This document shows positions 63,343 to 64,000 of a DNA stretch of 64,000 bases, in pieces (the first letter of the stretch is position 1; every line of letters starts with the position of its first letter). The position numbers were made by a program, and so were the translations under genes. Location of the stretch: the NCBI GenBank assembly GCA_030324005.1, contig JARDVH010000132.1:88835350-88899349 (forward strand), written 5' to 3'. The DNA comes from Negaprion brevirostris (taxonomy: Eukaryota). Under the pieces are notes generated by a model, which had not been told where the DNA came from, made no database searches, and worked only from the letters and a program-made list of their open reading frames with translations.

Positions 63343-63807
63343 GTCAGTGAAAGTAATGTATGTTTGCCAGGATGGTTTGTAGTCAGGAGAGATATCTGGG
63401 GTTGAAGGTGTTCCTGTTACATTTCAGTTCCTTTCTTTCTAGGTGGGAGATCATGTCATTCTGCACAGAGCCACTGGGCTGACATGGGGTTTCCATAACC
63501 AACCAATGCCAATGAGGCCCAGTGGTCAAAATGGACCAAGTATCTCANNNNNNNNNNTCAGCAGAATTGCAGTGCATTCCACCAGATTCTGCTCAGTAGA
63601 AATATCTGTCCCACCCTGCTTCAAAGTCCCTTAGAAACTATTTACTGTCCTAACCAGAATGTGACACATACCATTAAGGCTTTTCTTCTGTACTGAGAAT
63701 TTTTCCTGACTGTAATTGAAATTTATTGAAACCCTCATGCTTGCTCACTTGATTTATCTTTGTCACAATGTTAGTTTTTCTTCATGTGTATAGGAATGTC
63801 TTGATGG

Positions 63808-64000
63808 TTCATAGAATAAAATCCCTACAGTACTGAAAGACACCATTTAGCCCATCAAATCTGTACTGACTCTTCAGCAGAGCATCTTACCCAGGCCCTA
63901 TCTCTGCAATCCCATGTATTTACCCCTTAATCCCCCTAACATGCACATCTTGGGACACTAATGCAAATTAGCATGGCCAGGCAACCTAATCTGCACTTCT
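63808..64000 (-). mobile_element. HE1-type V-SINE, 3' half (cut by window edge)
   Basis: CATAGAAT tail and body. Confidence 0.85.

Noticed and set aside
1-64000. CRISPR array, operon or prokaryotic defence system
   Set aside because: No regularly spaced direct repeats and no long gene-dense ORFs; the sequence is repeat-rich eukaryotic DNA.

Overview
This is vertebrate nuclear DNA from a cartilaginous fish, probably a carcharhiniform shark, judged from recalled repeat families (HE1/V-SINE, HER1/CR1 LINE tails, Deu-SINE). It is not prokaryotic: there are no operons, CRISPR arrays, rRNA or intact tRNA genes, and the long ORFs in the track are artefacts of N-gaps or repeats. The window is intronic/intergenic and repeat-rich. 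It holds about 16 HE1-type SINEs, CR1 and L2 LINE fragments, Deu-SINE remnants, PIF/Harbinger-type MITEs with 3-bp TSDs plus a fossil Myb/SANT ORF, Penelope-like termini with hammerhead-ribozyme-like cores and long hairpins, and a probable LTR. I could not identify any host gene by name. Several short splice-bounded open frames, mostly on the minus strand, may be exons, but such signals also arise by chance and are reported at low confidence. The most unusual items are a V-SINE body carrying a tRNA-Gly(GCC) head in place of the normal head, hammerhead-like motifs, and a Harbinger autonomous/non-autonomous set. Repeat family names come from memory, not a database search, and repeat boundaries are approximate.
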